From: Podarcis cretensis
Lineage: Eukaryota
Direction of reading: 5' to 3'
Length of the DNA: 64,000 nucleotides
NCBI GenBank assembly: GCA_951804945.1
Contig: OX638151.1
Location: 47,864,001 to 47,928,000, forward strand
Shown here piece after piece: positions 1 to 11,976 of the stretch; the first letter of the stretch is position 1, and the number at the start of each line of letters is the position of its first letter. The position numbers were made by a program, and so were the translations under genes. The notes under the pieces are model-generated. The model searched no databases and was not told where the DNA came from. It worked only from the letters and a program-made list of their open reading frames with translations.

Positions 1-737
1 GTCTTTAGAAACTATGATAAAATTGTCTCAGACTTAGTTAAATTAATAGACAGCTGAAAACAACAAAATCTTTCAAAAACATACAAGCATGATTAAGTGT
101 TCCTATTCTATTAAATTTCATCCCTAGTATGGTAGGCTTTTTATTACAGGAGTATTGCATATTTTTTCACATTTTCTAAAGGGATTTCTAAACTAAGAGT
201 GGCCACTACTTTATCATTCTATTAAAATGATAAAAATAGTTGCTTGAAAGTTTATTTTAATAACATATGTCTTGTTTTTTCTTCTCTCAGTTTTAAGGAA
301 TCATCTAACAAAATCCTTGCTTTGAATAAATCAGAGTATCTAGCATTCATATTTTCTATGGCTGGACCCAAAAAAGGGATATGGCTATGCAGGAAAGGAC
401 CACACACACAGCTGCAACTTCACATCCTGCTTTTGCCACATTAGTTTCCACTGCCTTAGAGGCAAGATGCTTTCTAAACTGAACAGTGGTTTGCCTCTTC
501 AGTAGCAACTGCTGAGACAAAAGCAGCAAGCAAAGCTCAGGTTGTGCATGCGGTTTTTCCCCACATGGGTATGTCTCTTCTTTGGTCTAGGCCTACTTAC
601 TTTAGAGAATTTGCATTGAAGCAGGAAGCAGATATTTTAAGTTAATTCCACTTCATCGTTTAAAAAGTAAACATTGGTGTCTCTGGTATGTAAAATACAT
701 TGTGTAATATCTTGTTCTTGCTATTATTTTACTAAAG

Positions 738-845
738 CTTGTCCAGGCCAAAAAAGGCTCAAAGATGTCCAGGGAGGTGGTTCCTCAAAAAAGCAAAAAA
801 GAAGTCACAAAGCATCTGTGGTGAACAACAAAAAGAAAAGCAAAC
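738..845 (+). CDS. ARID4B: ARID4B internal coding exon (gene starts upstream of window)
   Basis: aag|CTTGT...AAAC|gtaag; encodes CPGQKRLKDVQGGGSSKKQKRSHKASVVNNKKKSK, matching the vertebrate ARID4B C-terminal region; phase 1 at both ends. Confidence 0.9.
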
Positions 846-1329
846 GTAAGTATAGCAAACTTCAGCTTCAAACTTTAGAAAATGTCTTTGCAACAGTTTT
901 GGGCCTGCTTTTGGGTCAAATCTTAATATCATTCATGTTTCTCACAACTGAGAATGAAGTGTTGTTGGAATGAAGAAGTTATAGAATCTGTACATAAAAA
1001 TAAAATAAAATTGTATACCCCCCCCCGAATGAGTTCTCATAAGTGATAAGGGCTGCCTAACCCATATCAAATTGTGGAATTCCTTGCCCTCTGGCACCAG
1101 GGCCAGGTACCACTTATCTCTATGGAAACAAGTGTTACGTTTTCTCTTCCAGTTACCTGTTTTAAACTGCCATTCTGTTTTTATTGGAAGATTGCAGCCA
1201 GATTGTCTGCGTCAAGATTAGTTTTACCCCACAGTAAGAGATGCGTCTTATAATTGGAAACAATCATTCAAAGGGGTGCTGAGATTTTTAGAAATATGCT
1301 AAACCTGTATTTCCTATGTGTTTCTTCAG

Positions 1330-1545
1330 CAAACAGCAGTGATAGTGAAGAACTTTCTGCTGGAGAAAGTATCATCAAATCTCAGCCAGCAAAATCAGTT
1401 CCTGCAGCAATGAAGTCTCAGAATACCAAATCTCCAGCAAGAACACAGTCTCCAGGAAAGTGTGGCAAAAATGGAGAGAAGGATTCTGATCTCAAGGAAC
1501 AGAACAATCGCTTGCCAAAACTTTACAAATGGAGTTTTCAGATGT
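1330..1545 (+). CDS. ARID4B: ARID4B coding exon
   Basis: ttcag|CAAAC...ATGT|gtaag; NSSDSEELSAGESIIKSQP...RLPKLYKWSFQM. Confidence 0.95.
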
Positions 1546-1777
1546 GTAAGTATGGATTTCTTGTTGCTGTGCCTGCACTTTTGAATGTGTACCTTCTGCA
1601 ACCCCAAGGTTGTTGGAGGGGCAAGGGAATGACCCATGTTAGCCTGTTTTGCAACAAAGGCAAAGACGTTTGTAGTATTTTAAAGACTTAAGAGATTTAT
1701 TATAGCATAAACTTTCACGTTGCATCTAATGAAGCAGACCCTTTGCCTTGAAATCTTATGGCAAAATAAATATACAT

Positions 1778-1820
1778 AGGTGGTTGGTTGGTTGGTTGGT
1801 TGGTTGGTTGGTTGGTTGGT
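1778..1820. repeat. (GGTT)n microsatellite
   Basis: Direct reading of the sequence. Confidence 0.9.
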
Positions 1821-2098
1821 TTTTGTGGGTGGTGATTATTTGATTCCTAGTGGCAGTAGCTACTGATACAAGAATAACCTTGATAAGTAGACTCATCCAG
1901 TCTTCCCAGTTTTCTATAAAGAATCATTTATTTCTTAACACTGCCCAATTTTTATTTAATTAAATCTAGAATTTGTATAATGCTATAAATTTGTTGCATC
2001 TCCTTCAGTTTTGGTCTATCCCTCATTTTGTGTTATTTTTCATAAGGTGGAAGAATTAAGATTTTGCATTGAGCTAATGAATGTTGCTTTCTCTGCAG

Positions 2099-2245
2099 CT
2101 GAGCTAGAAAATATGAGCAGCACAGAGCGCATAGCAATCCTACAAGAAAAGCTACAAGAAATCAGGAAACATTACTTGTCTTTAAAATCTGAAGTAGCTT
2201 CCATTGACAGAAGAAGAAAACGTTTGAAGAAGAAAGAGCGGGAAA
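2099..2245 (+). CDS. ARID4B: ARID4B coding exon (C-terminal coiled coil)
   Basis: ctgcag|CT...GAAA|gtaag; [48 protein letters not shown]. Confidence 0.96.
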
Positions 2246-3479
2246 GTAAGTAATTAGGTCTTGAACATGTTGACGTAGAATTTGACTCTAGGGTGTCTCT
2301 TAAAATATTAGGTATTATTTTGTGAGTATTAAGGGACCGCTTCAATCTTATCCTAATCTGAGCCTGAATGCTGTCCCTTGCTTCTCAAATTGTTATTTTT
2401 CACATGCTCAGTGGCTGCCTCTTTGATTCTGTACTTGAGCAAAGTTAAAAAACCAAACCAAACCAGTGCAGAATAAAAAGCGGAGGCATTAATAAAGCTC
2501 ATGCTCATCCCTTCTTTATGGGCAGGCATTGTAAAAGAAGAGTGTAGGAATTGCTCCATGTAGACCTATTTCCCATCCAGTGTACATTAAAATAATCACA
2601 AGGAAGCAAACACGTTTGTGAGAAAGTTAGGATTATCTCATTGCAACCGCTCAATCCACAAGTGCTACCTGATTGTACTGTTTATTAGGCCAGGAGGAGG
2701 AGCTGGCAAACTGATCTATATAATGATAATGCACAAAAAGGTCTTATTACAAAGCAACAGTGTGAGTCTATGTATAGTGTGTGATGGGAAGTAGATCTTT
2801 AGATCATATTTTCCTTTCCCTTGCTGCTCCTTCAAATGTAATGTCTAAACTGGGAGATAATGCAGTTATTGGAACACAGGACATGCCTCACCCAGCAGTC
2901 TTAAACTCATCTGGAAAATTAACTCTGAAACAAGTAAAACTACTATGTTTCAGACAAATACCCCAAACCTAAGTGCACTAAAATGGAAGCAAGTTCCTTT
3001 CATCTCAGTGACATTTACTATTTCACTTAAGATCAAAGGCAAAATCCTTCCAAAATACAAGATGGGCAAATTGGTAATCCTGGTTGGGCTTCTGTTGCAA
3101 GACTGGGCTTCATAAAGCTCTTTTTCAATGCAAAAATGAACTTGGTAACAGAAGTGAATCCATTAAAATGAAGTATACCTTCTTAAATTGTGGCAATCTG
3201 TGTGCACCAAAGTGAACTGAGGCTATAGTCTTACCCACTTACCTGTGACTAAGCCCCACTGAAATCCAGGGGGCTTACTTCAGTATAAACTTTTATATGA
3301 TTGTGCTGTAAATGCCCTTAAGATTGCTTAATAAAGCAACACATATCACTGAAGAGACGACCACAACTATAAAAGCACTCAGGAGGTAGTTACAAAATGC
3401 CGATATATGCCCTAAATGTTATTTGATTTCTGTAACTATTCTTTTCAGGGAGTATTTAATTTTTTGCTCTACATTACAG

Positions 3480-3610
3480 GTGCTGCTACCACGTCGTCAT
3501 CCTCTTCCTCGCCTTCTTCCAGTTCCATTACAGCAGCAGTTATGTTAAGTTTAGCAGATCCACCCATGTCGAGTTCATCACAGAATGGAATGTCAGTTGA
3601 GTGCAGGTGA
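3480..3610 (+). CDS. ARID4B: ARID4B last coding exon
   Basis: tacag|GT; AATTSSSSSSPSSSSITAAVMLSLADPPMSSSSQNGMSVECR*, the characteristic ARID4B C-terminus. Confidence 0.96.
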
Positions 3611-5250
3611 CAGCAAGACTTGCCTAAGCACTTTGCACTTAATGGCTGCTGAGGGCCACTTTTTATACTGCACAGTGGCACAAAATTCAGACAAGCACTA
3701 TTTTGTATTTAAATTTTTTCTTGACAAGCTAACTTTGCACTTAAGTGCACTTTTTTTGAAGAAAAAGTACAACAAACTGCTTTTCCTCAAGCAATAATTG
3801 TTTCCAACTTGTCTGGGAATTGTGTGGTGAGTTGAAGGCCTTCCACTGTGGCAAATGAAGGCTGTTCACTGCCAGTAGAATGGATACGGTAAGCATACAG
3901 TTGTTGGGTAGGCCTGATTAATGTGTTAAAAGTGGCTTACTGTTCACCTATTCCCTGGTATTTTGTTAAAGCTGGAGCATTTGATATTTTTCCATTATTT
4001 AGGAAAAATGAACCTATTTTCATTTTTACAAGACAATTGTTTTTTAACTAAGTCACCTTACGGTGGCTATAACTGTACAAGTCAAGCACATGTAATTTAA
4101 TTCCAAACCTGCCATCAATAGGATGTTTCTCATCAGACCTGATAACCAAATATAAGGATTCTGTTTAAAAGGCTGACTAATGTTTACAGGTTTGAATTAG
4201 GCTAAATAGGTTACTGTGGGTTTTTAAATAACCCAGGAATTGGAATGAAACTACTGTACTTTGCCATTTTTCTATGAATCAGTATTTTTTTTAATTTTGA
4301 TAAAAATACATTGTGAAAAAAAGAAGAAAATGGCTAACAAACTGTATTAAATCTTAATGTATAAAGATTGTATTTAGCCAGTTTAAAGTGTATATTTATT
4401 CATAATGAATTATAACACTTATATTTTTGTGTTTTCTTGTAAAAGTTTCTTTTCAGTTAAAGCAACAAATATTTCATTTGTAATGCTTATTTTATTATGA
4501 GCTACAACTGAGAGGTCTTCAAGAAGGAGTAAACTGTGTTAATATTATACATGGGTGTCGAGAAGAACATTGCCACAGAAGGGATAGTTGTTTATAATAT
4601 AAATAGCTAACTGAGTGGTAGATACTTTTTTTTTTTAATTGCCTTGTACAAAACCCCAAATCAACTCAACTGTTTTCACTTCTATTGACTTTATGTTGTA
4701 TGGATCCCAAGCCCTCTCTCAGTTGGCACTTGTATTTAATTACACAACTTTGTAAGACATTTGTATATTGCGGAGTGTTCATTCAAGCTATTTAATACCT
4801 GGCACTGTTAATACACAGTACTTTATTGTACAGATTGTTTTACTGTTTTAATTGTAGTTCTGTGTACTTTTTTTGGCTGGGCTTATGGGGACTGGCATGT
4901 TTTTCTTTTTTCGTTTTATTTCTTTTTCTGGCAATACAACATGTAAGAATTTCAAACCTTCTGTTTGTAGATGCTAGAGTGTCAGAATCTTTACATTCGA
5001 CTTTTCTAAGAAAAGCATTTTCAGTCTTAGTAGTGTGTGCTTAAAAGGTAACTGATTTTATTGGAAATGGTTTCAAGCTATTCAGATATGTACAGGACTG
5101 TAAAAAATTGTTGACAAACATTGAAGGAAAGACATATAAAGAAAAGCTATAAAATATATATTAGGTTCTGCAGACAATGGAATTATGTAATATATTGTAT
5201 AAATGTAAGCAAAGGCCTCCGAAATAAAATGCCATAGTTTGTGAATATTG
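3611..5250 (+). other. ARID4B: ARID4B 3'UTR
   Basis: AU-rich, repeat-free sequence after TGA; AATAAA at 5223-5228; end approximate. Confidence 0.7.
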
Positions 5251-8200
5251 GATTCTGTTTCTAACAGTTTAATTAAGACATTTCAATGTCTTCAGGATTA
5301 CCAGCTATAAATTCAGTTTAGCTAATATATTGGTGGTTACCTGGGGTTTTTTGTTTTTTTTTTTTTGGTAAACATTTCTATCATTTCCCTTTCGATTCCA
5401 TACAGTATAGAGAAAACAAATGAAATATAAAACCAGAGCAATAAAAAAAACCATAGATAACAAAAGTATTTTAGTCAGTTATACCAAGTGTAAGTTGGGA
5501 GCAGTTGTTTGGGAGCAAATCATCATACAAATGTACCTCTGAGCCAAATTTCAAGTTAATCTAATCTACAATGTTGGTACCATTGTCATTGATGATGCAT
5601 TAGATTCCACAGATCTTGTTGAGGCTTGCTAGGCAGCCATTATTTGTGCTTGCAATCAAACCCGCTTTTCCAATTCCTTTGGCATATGCAGAAGGCTTGG
5701 AGGAGAAACAAGAATTTCTCCCATGTGCACTGTGGCTAGGAGAAGGTAAAAAAACAGCAGGGTCCTTCTCACTGTTTATCCTCTTTGCAAAGCAGAAGTG
5801 AGACCTACACCTCTCTTCCAGGCCCTCTGGCACAGGCAGAGACATTTTTGCTGGGGCAATTTAACTTTTAAGTATCTGATGGGCTCTAATATTTACTGTT
5901 TTGGTTATTAGTTGGTAACATTGGATTCCATTGCAGACACTGATGTTGCACTCACTCACACCAGCACCTAACAGGATCTTTAACTGTAAAAATGTCTAAC
6001 ACACTACAAAATGCTGTTTCATGTGCAGTACACCTAGGAATGTCCCCTTGCCCAGCACACCATTGATCAGAACATACTATGGTTAAAATAGGCTGACACC
6101 TTCTTTACCTCAATGGACTGATAATGTTCCAGAACAGTTGTTGGTTATGGTTTTGTTCAGAGAGGCTACTTGCTGTAGGTTCTCCTATGGTTGGGCTCAG
6201 TCCTTAGAGCTCCCAAGAACAGAAGCACGGCTAGCGTTCTTGATTTGTAGAATTTGTCTCACACCCTTCATCATAGATCATTTGGGGGCAGGTGACAGCT
6301 TTTAAAATTACGTTTTACATTAACCCAGCAGAAGCATCAAACAAGCAAGAACATAAAACAAAATACAGTACTGCATATTGTCTTGAGATTTTAAATGAAT
6401 ATATATTTTTAATAAATAAGCAGTTCAGTACCAGAAAACAATCAATCCATCTGTCATCATGTTAATCCACAGGTCCATACATCTAAGATACTCGAAAGGC
6501 CTGGAAGAACGAGGAAGATTTTACAGCTGGCGCCGAAAGTGTAACTTAAACTGTTATTTGTGCATTGCATCTGTTTACAATTGTGGTATATAAAGAGCTG
6601 TCTTTTAATTAATTATTACAGATCCTCTTGATGTCACCTTTGCTTTTCTTGGCACCCTTCTGTTTAAAGCCAGATACAAGAGTGCTGGGTTGGATGAGAG
6701 TGTTGGGTCAGAAGGTTATGAAGAAGGTCTACAGTAGGTGTCCAGCCTTGCCATGTGTGGCCCTCAAGTACTACAGTGGCTACAAAGTCATGTGGTGTAA
6801 CTCACCAGGCTCTTACTGTCCCCACCCCCGAACAGGCACTGGCAGCAATCCTGTGTAGGTGCCACTCTGTTCTCATTCTGCTTGCGTGGCAGCAGATTAG
6901 AATCCCCAAAATGCATTGCCTAATGTGAACTTAATCATATTATCCGGTAGCCTAAAATGGTATCCACTCAAATGGGGATCTCGGGGGAAGGGGAGAAATG
7001 AAGCGACTAGAGGGGAAGAAAGGAAAGCTAGGAGGAAGAGGAGATAAAGCAGAGCAACAGGGGTAGGGGGACGGAGCAATCGGAGGGTGGCACAATGATC
7101 AGAAAAGAGGAGCAACAAGACACCCACCCACAGGTAGAAATGGAATCCCATAATATAGAGTCACTTGAACTTGTACAGTTTTTATATGGGATGTGCCCTG
7201 CCATCAAATCACATCTCCATGGACTGAAACATAAAAATTGCAGACCACCACTTTCAGCACCACTATTATCAAAAACATATGAGAAACAAGTCTTGATCAA
7301 TCCTCATGATTTTTACACCATCTAATCATATTACTCTGTTTCCATATGTGTTCTGTGATTTAATGGTGGTGATGTTGGCATCCTATGTAATGCTCATAAA
7401 GATCTACAAAGATCCACATTTCTGTGCCATAGTAGCACTAGCATGTACTGGATATGTGATTTTGCAGTTCAGTATAAGTTTTAATTTGATGGTCAATTGG
7501 GGGGACACCTCTTGTAAAAGACATGACAACTGAATATAATCAATTTTTAATCTACTTTATCCAACTTTTGCCTAGACTTCACAAAAAACGCTGTGTCTCC
7601 TCTGTCTGTGAGGGCATGGGATCAGTCACCCACAGTTGACTAGCTGAGCAACAAAGCCACTTCTCCCTCTTGCTCACTTCCTCTTCCCTGCCTGCCTGCC
7701 TGCCTGCCCACAAAGCAGAGGCAGCCCTGTTGCTCCATTCCTCACTTGGTGGAAGGGGTCCTTCCTCAGAGTGAGGCATTGTGGGTGAGGTCACCCAGTG
7801 ACTGCCTGTGCTGCCACCACTTAGTCACTATGACTGTGTCAAAAGATTGGTTTTTAAACTTCAGGTTCTGTCAAAAACTTGATTTGTTGTCATCACAGCA
7901 AAGCAACATCAGGGGGTATCTCTCGTTTCCACCAGCTCCCCTACCACATCACAGCCTGGGCCTGCAGGTCCCCCAGTTCCCATGGGTGGCTTTTCTGGAG
8001 CTGCGGCAGGAAGGAGGAAGCAGAAATGCCCTATTCTGTGAAAAGTTAAATTGAGGATCAAGCACTCAAATTTCCCCCCAAAGAATAGTATTTTATTGAA
8101 AATGAGTCCTAAAAATTCAGCCTAACTTCACAGGAGATTTCAAGTCTTAAGCCTATTACTGCAGACATGGCTATATATCACTCCTTATGCTAAGAAGTTT

Positions 8201-8764
8201 ACATCAAGTGGATGGTGCTCTTGCATCTTGCACTGGCCTAATTACAGCCCATGGCATAAGAGATAAACCACCGCCACCCCAATGCTTTTGTAGCTTAATA
8301 ACAGTTTAACCCAGTAGTTTCTATTATGCTACAATTAAAGACAAGAGCCAGCTTGAGGGTGATGTGCTGGAGCTACTGGCAATCCTTGCAGACTCTACCT
8401 GAGTGAGTTCCAAATATTTGTTTCTTTGCAACACAAGGAATCAGGAGCAGCCTGTTTTTACCTAAGTGTCCTCTCCAGCTTCCAGTTTTAATGCTGCAGC
8501 TAAGTCCCTATTATGACCATAGCTTAGATAGCTTTCCTCACTGGTGGTGGGAGGTGTGCTACCTATTACAAGATTCAAAAACATGAATGGGAAAATCTGT
8601 GCTTTCCTCTTAAACAACAAAACTTCTTTAATCCTACCACCACAAGTGTATATGTACCGTACTTTGTAGAGTATATGACTTACTAGCATCAGAAACTGAA
8701 TTTATTTTGGTGGGAGTAAAATGTATCTGATTTATGTGTGGGTAATTAACAAACCCTTCATGGA

Positions 8765-8892
8765 TCCCTTCATGGATCACTGCCTTGCCGTGGCGAAGGG
8801 GCTTGAAGAACTCAGAGAAGCTATGAACTATGCCGAGCAGGGCACCCAAGATGAACAGGTCATAGTGGAGAGTTTTGACCAAACGTGATCCA
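8765..8892 (+). ncRNA. HDV-like self-cleaving ribozyme at BovB 5' end (predicted)
   Basis: P1 (T)CCCTTC 8765-8771/GAAGGGG 8795-8801; P2 GGATCAC 8774-8780/GTGATCC 8885-8891; P3 GCC/GGC around L3 TTGCCGT; extended P4 (AACTC/GAGTT, CTATGA/TCATAG, TGCC/GGCA); J4/2 C-C-A-A-A at 8879-8883. Confidence 0.75.
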
Positions 8893-8943
8893 CCTGGAGG
8901 AGGAACCGGCAAACCACTCCAGTATCCCTGCCAAGAAAACTCC

Positions 8944-11900
8944 ATGGACAAAGACAACAGGCATATAAAGGTTATGACGCTGGAAGATGAGCCCCTCAGG
9001 TCGGAAGGCGTCCAACATGCTACTGGGGAAGAGCGGAGGGCAAGTACAAGTAGATCCAGAGCTGATGAAGCGGCTGGGCCAAAGCCGAAAGGACGCTCAG
9101 TTGCGGATATGCCTGGAAGCGAAAGGAAAGTCCAATGCTGTAAAGAAAAATATTGCATAGGAACCTGGAATGTAAGAACCATGAACATGGGTAAGTTGGA
9201 GGTGGTCAAAAATGAGATGGCAAGAATAAATATGGACATCCTGGGCATCAGTGAACTAAAATGGACGGGAATGGGTGAATTCAGTTCGGATGACCATCAT
9301 ATCTACTACTGTGGGCAAGAAACCCGTAAAAGAAATGGAGTGGCCCTCATAGTCAACAAAAGAGTTGCAAAAGCTGTACTGGGATGCAATCTCAAAAATG
9401 ATAGAATGATCTCGATACGAATCCAAGGCAGACCTTTTAACATCGCAGTAATCCAAGTTTATGCACCAACTACTGGTGCTGAAGAAACTGAAATTGACCA
9501 ATTCTATGAAGACTTACAACACCTTATAGAAGTGACACCAAAGAAGGATGTTCTTCTCATTATAGGGGATTGGAATGCTAAAGTAGGGAGTCAAGAGATA
9601 AAAGGAACAACTGGCAAGTTTGGCCTTGGAGATCAAAACGAAGCAGGGCAAAGGCTAATAGAGTTCTGTCAAGAGAACAAGCTGGTCATCACAAACACGC
9701 TTTTCCAACAACACAAGAGACGACTCTACACATGGACATCACCAGATGGGCAGCATCGAAATCAGATTGATTATATTCTCTGCAGCAAAAGATGGAGAAG
9801 CTCTATACAGTCAGCAAAAACAAGACCTGGAGCTGACTGTGGCTCAGATCATCAGCTTCTTATAGCAAAATTCAAGCTTAAACTGAAGAAAGTAGGAAAA
9901 ACCACTGGGCCGGTAAGATACAATCTAAGTCAAATCCCTTATGAATACACAGTGGAAGTGAGGAACAGGTTTAAGGATTTAGATTTGGTGGACAGAGTGC
10001 CTGAAGAACTATGGATGGAGGCTCGTAACATTATACAGGAGGCAGCAACGAAAACCATCCCAATGAAAAGGAAATGCAAGAAAGCAAAGTGGCTGTCCAA
10101 TGAGGCCTTACAAATAGTGGGGGAGAGAAGGCAAGCAAAATGCAAGGGAGATCGGGAAACATACAGGAAATTGAATGCAGATTTCCAAAGAATAGCAAGG
10201 AGAGACAAGAAGACCTTCTTAAACAAGCAATGCAAAGAAATAGAGGAAAGCAATAGAATGGGAAGAACCAGAGATCTGTTCAAGAAAATTGGAGATATGA
10301 AAGGAACATTTCGTACAAAGATTTCCATAATAAAGGACAAAAGTGGAAAGGACCTAACAGAAGCAGAAGACATCAAGAAGAGGTGGCAAGAATACACAGA
10401 GGAATTATACCAGAAAGAAACGGATGTCTCATATACCCCAGGTAGTGTGGTTGCTGACCTTGAGCCAGACATCCTGGAGAGTGAAGTCAAATGGGCCTTA
10501 GAAAGCACTGCAAATAACAAGGCCAGTGGAAGTGATGGTATTCCAGCTGAACTATTTAAAATTTTAAAAGATGATGCTGTTAAGGTGCTACACTCAATAT
10601 GCCAGCAAGTTTGGAAAACTCAGCAGTGGCCAGAAGATTGGAGAAGATCAGTCTACATCCCAATCCCAAAGAAGGGCAGTGCCAAAGAATGCTCCAACTA
10701 TCGCACAATTGCACTAATTTCTCACGCTAGCAAGGTTATGCTTAAAATTCTACAAGGAAGGCTCAAGCAGTATGTGGACCGAGAACTCCCAGAAGTGCAA
10801 GCTGGATTTAGAAGAGGCAGAGGAACCAGAGACCAAATTGCAAACATGCGCTGGATTATGGAGAAAGCTAGAGAGTTCCAGAAAGACATTTACTTCTGCT
10901 TCATTGACTATGCAAAAGCCTTTGACTGTGTCGACCATGGCAAACTATGGCAAGTTCTTAAAGAAATGGGAGTGCCTGATCACCTCATCTGTCTCCTGAG
11001 AAATCTCTATGTGGGACAAGAAGCTACAGTTAGAACTGGATATGGAACAACTGACTGGTTCAAAATTGGGAAAGGAGTACGACAAGGCTGCATTTTGTCT
11101 CCCTGCTTATTTAACTTATATGCAGAATTCATCATGCGAAAGGCTGGGCTGGATGAATCCCTAGCCGGAATTAAGATTGCCGGAAGAAATATCAGCAACC
11201 TCAGATATGCAGATGACACAACCTTGATGGCAGAAAGTGAGGAGGAATTAAAGAACCTTTTATTGAGGGTGAAAGAGGAGAGTGCAAAATATGGTCTGAA
11301 GCTCAATATCAAAAAAACGAAGATCATGGCTACTGGTCCCATCACCTCCTGGCAAATAGAAGGGGAAGAAATGGAGGCAGTGAGAGATTTTACTTTCTTG
11401 GGCTCCATGATCACTGCAGATGGTGACAGCAGCCACGAAATTAAAAGACGCCTGCTTCTTGGGAGAAGGGCAATGGCAGGCCTAGACAGCATCTTGAGAA
11501 GTAGAGACATCACCTTGCCAACAAAGGTCCGTATAGTTAAAGCCATGGTTTTCCCAGTAGTGATGTATGGAAGTGAGAGCTGGACCATAAAGAAGGCTGA
11601 TCGCCGAAGAATTGATGCTTTTGAATTCTGGTGCTGGAGGAGACTCTTGAGAGTCCCATGGACTGCAAGAAGATCAAACCTCTCCATTCTGAAGGAAATC
11701 AGCCCTGAGTGCTCACTGGAAGGACAGATTGTGAAGCTGAGGCTCCAGTACTTTGGCCACCTCATGAGAAGAGAAGACTCCCTGGAGAAGACCCTGATGT
11801 TGGGAAAGATGGAGGGCACAAGGAGAAGGGGGCGACAGAGGACGAGATGGTTGGATAGTGTTTTCGAGGTTACCAGCATGAGTCTGACCAAGCTGCGGGG

Positions 11901-11976
11901 GGCAGTGGAGGACAGGAGTGCCTGGCGTTCTCTGGTTCATGGGGTCACGAAGAGTCGGACACGACTAAACGACTAA
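8944..11976 (+). CDS. BovB ORF: APE endonuclease + reverse transcriptase (1010 aa from first ATG; frame open from 8875)
   Basis: EN motifs IGTWNVRT, GISE, IIGDWNA, IDYIL, SDH; RT motifs QAGFRRGRGT, FIDYAKAFD, GVRQGCILSPCLFN, YADD; no stops or frameshifts. Confidence 0.95.
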   Translation: MDKDNRHIKVMTLEDEPLRSEGVQHATGEERRASTSRSRADEAAGPKPKGRSVADMPGSERKVQCCKEKYCIGTWNVRTMNMGKLEVVKNEMARINMDILGISELKWTGMGEFSSDDHHIYYCGQETRKRNGVALIVNKRVAKAVLGCNLKNDRMISIRIQGRPFNIAVIQVYAPTTGAEETEIDQFYEDLQHLIEVTPKKDVLLIIGDWNAKVGSQEIKGTTGKFGLGDQNEAGQRLIEFCQENKLVITNTLFQQHKRRLYTWTSPDGQHRNQIDYILCSKRWRSSIQSAKTRPGADCGSDHQLLIAKFKLKLKKVGKTTGPVRYNLSQIPYEYTVEVRNRFKDLDLVDRVPEELWMEARNIIQEAATKTIPMKRKCKKAKWLSNEALQIVGERRQAKCKGDRETYRKLNADFQRIARRDKKTFLNKQCKEIEESNRMGRTRDLFKKIGDMKGTFRTKISIIKDKSGKDLTEAEDIKKRWQEYTEELYQKETDVSYTPGSVVADLEPDILESEVKWALESTANNKASGSDGIPAELFKILKDDAVKVLHSICQQVWKTQQWPEDWRRSVYIPIPKKGSAKECSNYRTIALISHASKVMLKILQGRLKQYVDRELPEVQAGFRRGRGTRDQIANMRWIMEKAREFQKDIYFCFIDYAKAFDCVDHGKLWQVLKEMGVPDHLICLLRNLYVGQEATVRTGYGTTDWFKIGKGVRQGCILSPCLFNLYAEFIMRKAGLDESLAGIKIAGRNISNLRYADDTTLMAESEEELKNLLLRVKEESAKYGLKLNIKKTKIMATGPITSWQIEGEEMEAVRDFTFLGSMITADGDSSHEIKRRLLLGRRAMAGLDSILRSRDITLPTKVRIVKAMVFPVVMYGSESWTIKKADRRRIDAFEFWCWRRLLRVPWTARRSNLSILKEISPECSLEGQIVKLRLQYFGHLMRREDSLEKTLMLGKMEGTRRRGRQRTRWLDSVFEVTSMSLTKLRGAVEDRSAWRSLVHGVTKSRTRLND

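Noticed and set aside
3449-3479. Alternative upstream acceptor (ttttcag) for the ARID4B last exon
   Set aside because: Wrong phase relative to the upstream donor; it gives an immediate stop.
11007-11891. 294-aa minus-strand ORF (also 9939-10520 and 8634-9248)
   Set aside because: Antisense shadows of the BovB ORF, with no independent motifs.
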